From assembly GCF_963921235.1 (NCBI RefSeq), contig NC_086097.1, positions 61,382,001-61,446,000 on the forward strand: a stretch of DNA of 64,000 bases. Direction: 5' to 3'. Origin of the DNA: Mobula hypostoma. Its lineage: Eukaryota. Positions 60,122-64,000 of this stretch are shown piece by piece. The position numbers and the translations under genes were made by a program. The notes under the pieces are model-generated. The model was not told where the DNA came from. It saw only the letters and a program-made list of their open reading frames with translations, and searched no databases. How positions within the stretch are numbered: position 1 is the stretch's first letter; every line of letters starts with the position of its first letter.

Positions 60122-61318
60122 TAGTGTATATAAAAAAAAGTATTCACACCCTCTTGGAAGTTTTCATGTTTTATTGTTTTACAACATTGAATTGCAGTGT
60201 TTTAATTTGGCTTTTTTGACACTGATCAACAGAAAAAAAACTGTGTCAAAGTGAATTCAGATCTTTACAGTGATCTAAATTAATTACAAATATAAAACAT
60301 AAATTTTATGTTTTATACTTATGCATATGTATTTACCCTCCCCCCCCCCCTTTAATATGGCACATCAAATCATCACTGGTGCAGACAATTGGTTTTTGAA
60401 GTCACATAATTAATTAAATGGACAACTGTTTTTGGAGACCTGTGAGCAGTCAAAGTGTTTCAGCCACTATTGAAAAAAACTCAAATTCAATCTTGGCTAG
60501 AGTTTGCTAGAAGACGTGTGGGAGACTCTGAAGTCAGCTGGAAGAAGCTTCTACCACCCGATGAAACCAAAAGTGAGCGTTTTGGCCATCAGACTAAACA
60601 TTATGTTTGACGTGAGCCAAACATCATACATCATCAAAAATACACCATTCCTACTGAGAAGCACGGCAGTAGCTGCATCATACCGTGGGATGCTTCACAG
60701 CAGGTAGAGGGTAAAATGAATGCAGCAAAGTACAGGGAAGTCCTGGAGGAAAACCTGATGCAGTCTGCAAGAGAGCTGTAACTTGGGTGAAGATTTGTTT
60801 TCCAGCAAGACAATGATCCCAATCAAAAAGCCATAGCTACAAGGAATGGCTTAAAAACAACAAAGTTAATGTTCTGGAGTGGCCAAGTCAGAGTCCAGAC
60901 CTCAATCCAATTGAGAATTTGTGGCTGGGACTTGAAAAGGGCTGTTCACTCACGATCCCCATGCAGTCTGACAGAGCTTGAACAGTTCTGTAAGGAAGAA
61001 TGGGCAAAAATGGCAGTGTCCAGATGTGCAAAGCTGATAGAAGCCTATGCACACAGACTCAAGGCTGTAATTGCTGTCAAAAGTGCGAACACTAAATGCT
61101 GACTTGAAGGGGGTGAATACATATGCATTTTGTGTTTTATATTTGTAATTAATTTAGATCACTTTGTAGAGATCTGTTTACACTTGAACACGAAAGAGTC
61201 TTTTTCTATTGATCAGTGTCAATAAAAGCCAAATTAAATCCACTGTGATTCAATGTTGTAAAACAATAAAACATGAAAACTTCTGGGGGGGGGGTGGGGA
61301 ACATTTTTATAGGCACTG
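60122..61318 (+). mobile_element. Tc1/mariner (Tc1, long-TIR type) transposon, internally deleted
   Basis: ~200-bp inverted termini (60122-~60345 and ~61105-61318, ending GGCACTG|TA); transposase remnants DETK, FQQDNDP and [16 protein letters not shown]. Confidence 0.92.
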
Positions 61319-62207
61319 TAACTGGCTGAAATATAGCCGGCACATGCCAAGAATACATCTCACAGGAGTTGTTTGACTACCTGAGATGTGTCAAATCTTG
61401 GTGGGTTAGTATAGTGGTCATGTTACAGGACGAAATGAATAGTTTGGGGAAATCCTTCTGTCTCTGATTTGACATTCACTTTGTGACAGAGTACCTTGTT
61501 ATTTATTAACTCAACTGTTATTTTTTTATGCATGATTCTTCAGGGAAATTCTCTTTGAAGTCAGCAGTGAAAGAGGATGAAATGAGTGGGTTGATAATAT
61601 CTAAATGACATCTTCCTTTCAAGGATGCTTGAATTATCTCAGCTCCTGCTGCTGCTCCTTTCTCACCATGACATGAGATATGTAGGTGTGTCCATTGGGG
61701 CTTGAGACTGAGAGTGAAAACAGAAAGTTTAAAGTTTTGGTATCATTGGAACTCGTTGGTTTGTATTAAAACCCAATCTCAGAAAAGAGAACATTTCACA
61801 GACTGGTGGAAAGTAGGCACTAAACTCTCGGGTCAATTTTCATTTAACGGAACTAATCTTGCTCTGCTAATACATCACTGACAGGAAATAGCAAGAGACT
61901 AAACCTAGGCATATATCCAAACTAATTTCTTAGGTTCCACCTAGAATAGTGCATCGATTAATATTTTAGCTTCATGGAACCAAAGAATCATACAGAGTGG
62001 AAACAGGCTATTTGTCCCAACTGGTCCATGCTGAACAGTGGGCACCCAGCCATATTAGTCTCATCTCCCAGCAATTAGTTTAATGCTTAAATGATTCAAG
62101 TGCTCATCTTCAACCCTCTCAGCTACCCATCTTTAAGCACTCTTTCTGTTAGTGCATTCCAGGTACATACCACTCTGAAAAAGGTTTCCCCTCACATCCC
62201 CTCTAAA

Positions 62208-62992
62208 TATAGAACATGAATAGTACAACACATTACAGGCCCTTCAGCCCACAATTTTGTGCCGACCCTCAAACCCTGCCTCCCATATAACACCCACCTT
62301 AAATTCCTCCATATACCTGTCTAGTAGTCTCTTAAACTTCATGAGTGTATCTGCCTCCACCACTGACTCAGGCAGTGCATTCCACGCACCAACCACTCTC
62401 TGAGTAAAAAACCTTCCTCTAATATCCCCCTTGAACTTCCCACCCCTTACCTTAAAGCCATGTCCTCTTGTATTGAGCAGTGGTGCCCTGGGGAAGAGGC
62501 GCTGGCTATCCACTCTATCTATTCCTCTTAATAGCTTGTACATCTCTATCGTGTCTCCTCTCATCCTCCTTCTCTCCAAAGAGTAAAGTCCCAGCTCCCT
62601 TAATCTTTGATCATAATCCATACTCTCTAAACCAGGCAGCATCCTGGTAAATCTCCTCTGTACCCTTTCCAATGCTTCCACATCCTTCCTGTAGTGAGGC
62701 GACCAGAACTGGACACAATACTCCAAGTGTGGCCTAACCAGAGTTTTATAGAGCTGCATCATTACATCGTGACTCTTAAACTCTATCCCTCAACTTATGA
62801 AAGCTAAAACCTCATAAGCTTTCTTAACTACCCTATCTACCTGTGAGGCAACTTTCAGGGATCTGTAGACATGTACCCCCAGATCCCTCAGCTCCTCCAC
62901 ACTACCAAGTATCCTGCCATTTACTTTGTACTCTGCCTTGGAGTCTGTCCTTCCAAAGTGTACCACCTCACACTTCTCCGGGTTGAACTCCA
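62208..62992 (-). mobile_element. CR1 LINE 3' fragment
   Basis: ORFs 62244-62762 and 62790-62993 are nearly identical to 42063-43025. Confidence 0.95.
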
Positions 62993-63079
62993 TATTTTCC
63001 CATTTATTCTTTATCTATATCCTCTAGTTTTATTTACCTACGATACAGCGAAAGATTTCCTGGAATCTACCCAATCCAT

Positions 63080-63690
63080 AACCCTCAGAGTTGTATGTCC
63101 CTTTTTAACCTCCTTTGTTGCTATACTCTGGGATACTAAGCTGCCAGTCTTGCCCATTCATCAGCTAAGTCTCAACAATAGCAACAATACTGTAGACCAC
63201 TGTGTTACCTAAAGGTTTGAGTTCATCTACTTTACTGGATGCATTTTAGATTTAAATTCCTTTGATGTGCACTTACCGCCTTGACCCTATTGGACTTCTT
63301 ATTTTTCCTGAAGGTGATCATATTTCTCCATCTGAACAACTACTCTGAGACCCCATTCACCAGCCAAATCAGTTTAAATCTTCCCAAGCAGCACTAGCAA
63401 TCCCCTCAGCAGGGCCTTGGATCCTATCCTGGTTAAGGTGCAAACCATTCCACATCCAGAGCCCACCTTTCCCTAGAAATAGTCCCCTTGATCCAGACCC
63501 CCTCATCATGACCTAACCTCCTACACCATCTCTTCAGTCACACACTGATTTGCCCTATCCTTCTATGCCTATGGGCACTGCTGACACTGCAGAAATGATA
63601 ACCTTTAAGATCCTGCTCTTTAAACACCTAACTAGCACCTAATCTTATATTGCAGGATCTCATTCCTCCTCCAACCAAAATCACTGGTAG
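63080..63690 (-). mobile_element. Highly degraded LINE fragments, probably CR1 5' region
   Basis: Patchy resemblance to CR1 ORF1/ORF2-start sequence (e.g. AGTTTAAA..CCCAAGCAGCACTAGCAA..CAGCAGG on +). Confidence 0.4.
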
Positions 63691-63829
63691 CTTGTCTGTC
63701 TTCAGCAAGCTTTGTTAGCTCCGATAATGTCAACTTGACTGCTCAGCCTCTTCTTCACATCACACCATAGAAGCTGTTTCTGCTGACAGGTAACCACATT
63801 ATTATATAAATAACAACACTGTATAGCTC

Positions 63830-64000
63830 AGAACACACTGGAGGAGCTTTGCAAGTCGGGCAGCATCCGTGGAAACAATCAGTCGACGTTTCGGGCCGGA
63901 ACCCTTTTGTCAGGACTGAAGAGGGAAGGGGCAGAGGCCCTATAAAGAAGGTGGGGGGAGGGTGGGAAGGAGAAGGCTGGTAGGTTCCAGGTGAAAAACC
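63830..64000 (-). mobile_element. Penelope-like 3' end running off the right edge, with hammerhead-like motif
   Basis: Reverse complement of 63880-63918 reads CAGTCCTGACAAAAGGGTTCCGGCCCGAAACGTCGACTG. Confidence 0.75.

Overview
Repeat-dense vertebrate genomic DNA, most likely from a cartilaginous fish (ray or shark). This is inferred from the mix of CR1 LINEs, V-SINE-like elements, Rex1/Babar LINEs and Penelope fragments. No intact host protein-coding gene could be supported. The window is mostly nested retroelements: three related Ty3/Gypsy elements with PNMA/Ma-like Gag, a sushi-like Gypsy remnant, solo LTRs, several CR1 and Rex1/Babar LINEs, a near-intact RTE LINE, a Hero-like RLE LINE, Penelope fragments with hammerhead-like motifs, a Tc1 and a non-autonomous hAT-like transposon. 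One PNMA-like Gypsy is full length (9405-16619) with both LTRs, a GGAG target-site duplication and a tRNA-Pro PBS. The most notable observations are two. First, an intronless, decayed USP35 deubiquitinase retrocopy (~55170-56957) is fused directly behind the gag-protease region of a sushi-like Gypsy element and followed by an LTR-like sequence, a candidate LTR-retrotransposon gene capture. Second, a GGGAAAC slippery site plus predicted pseudoknot sits at the gag/pol junction of the PNMA-like Gypsy, the same type of -1 frameshift signal known from mammalian PNMA3/Ma3 and PEG10. All family calls come from motif recognition by eye, and most element boundaries are approximate.
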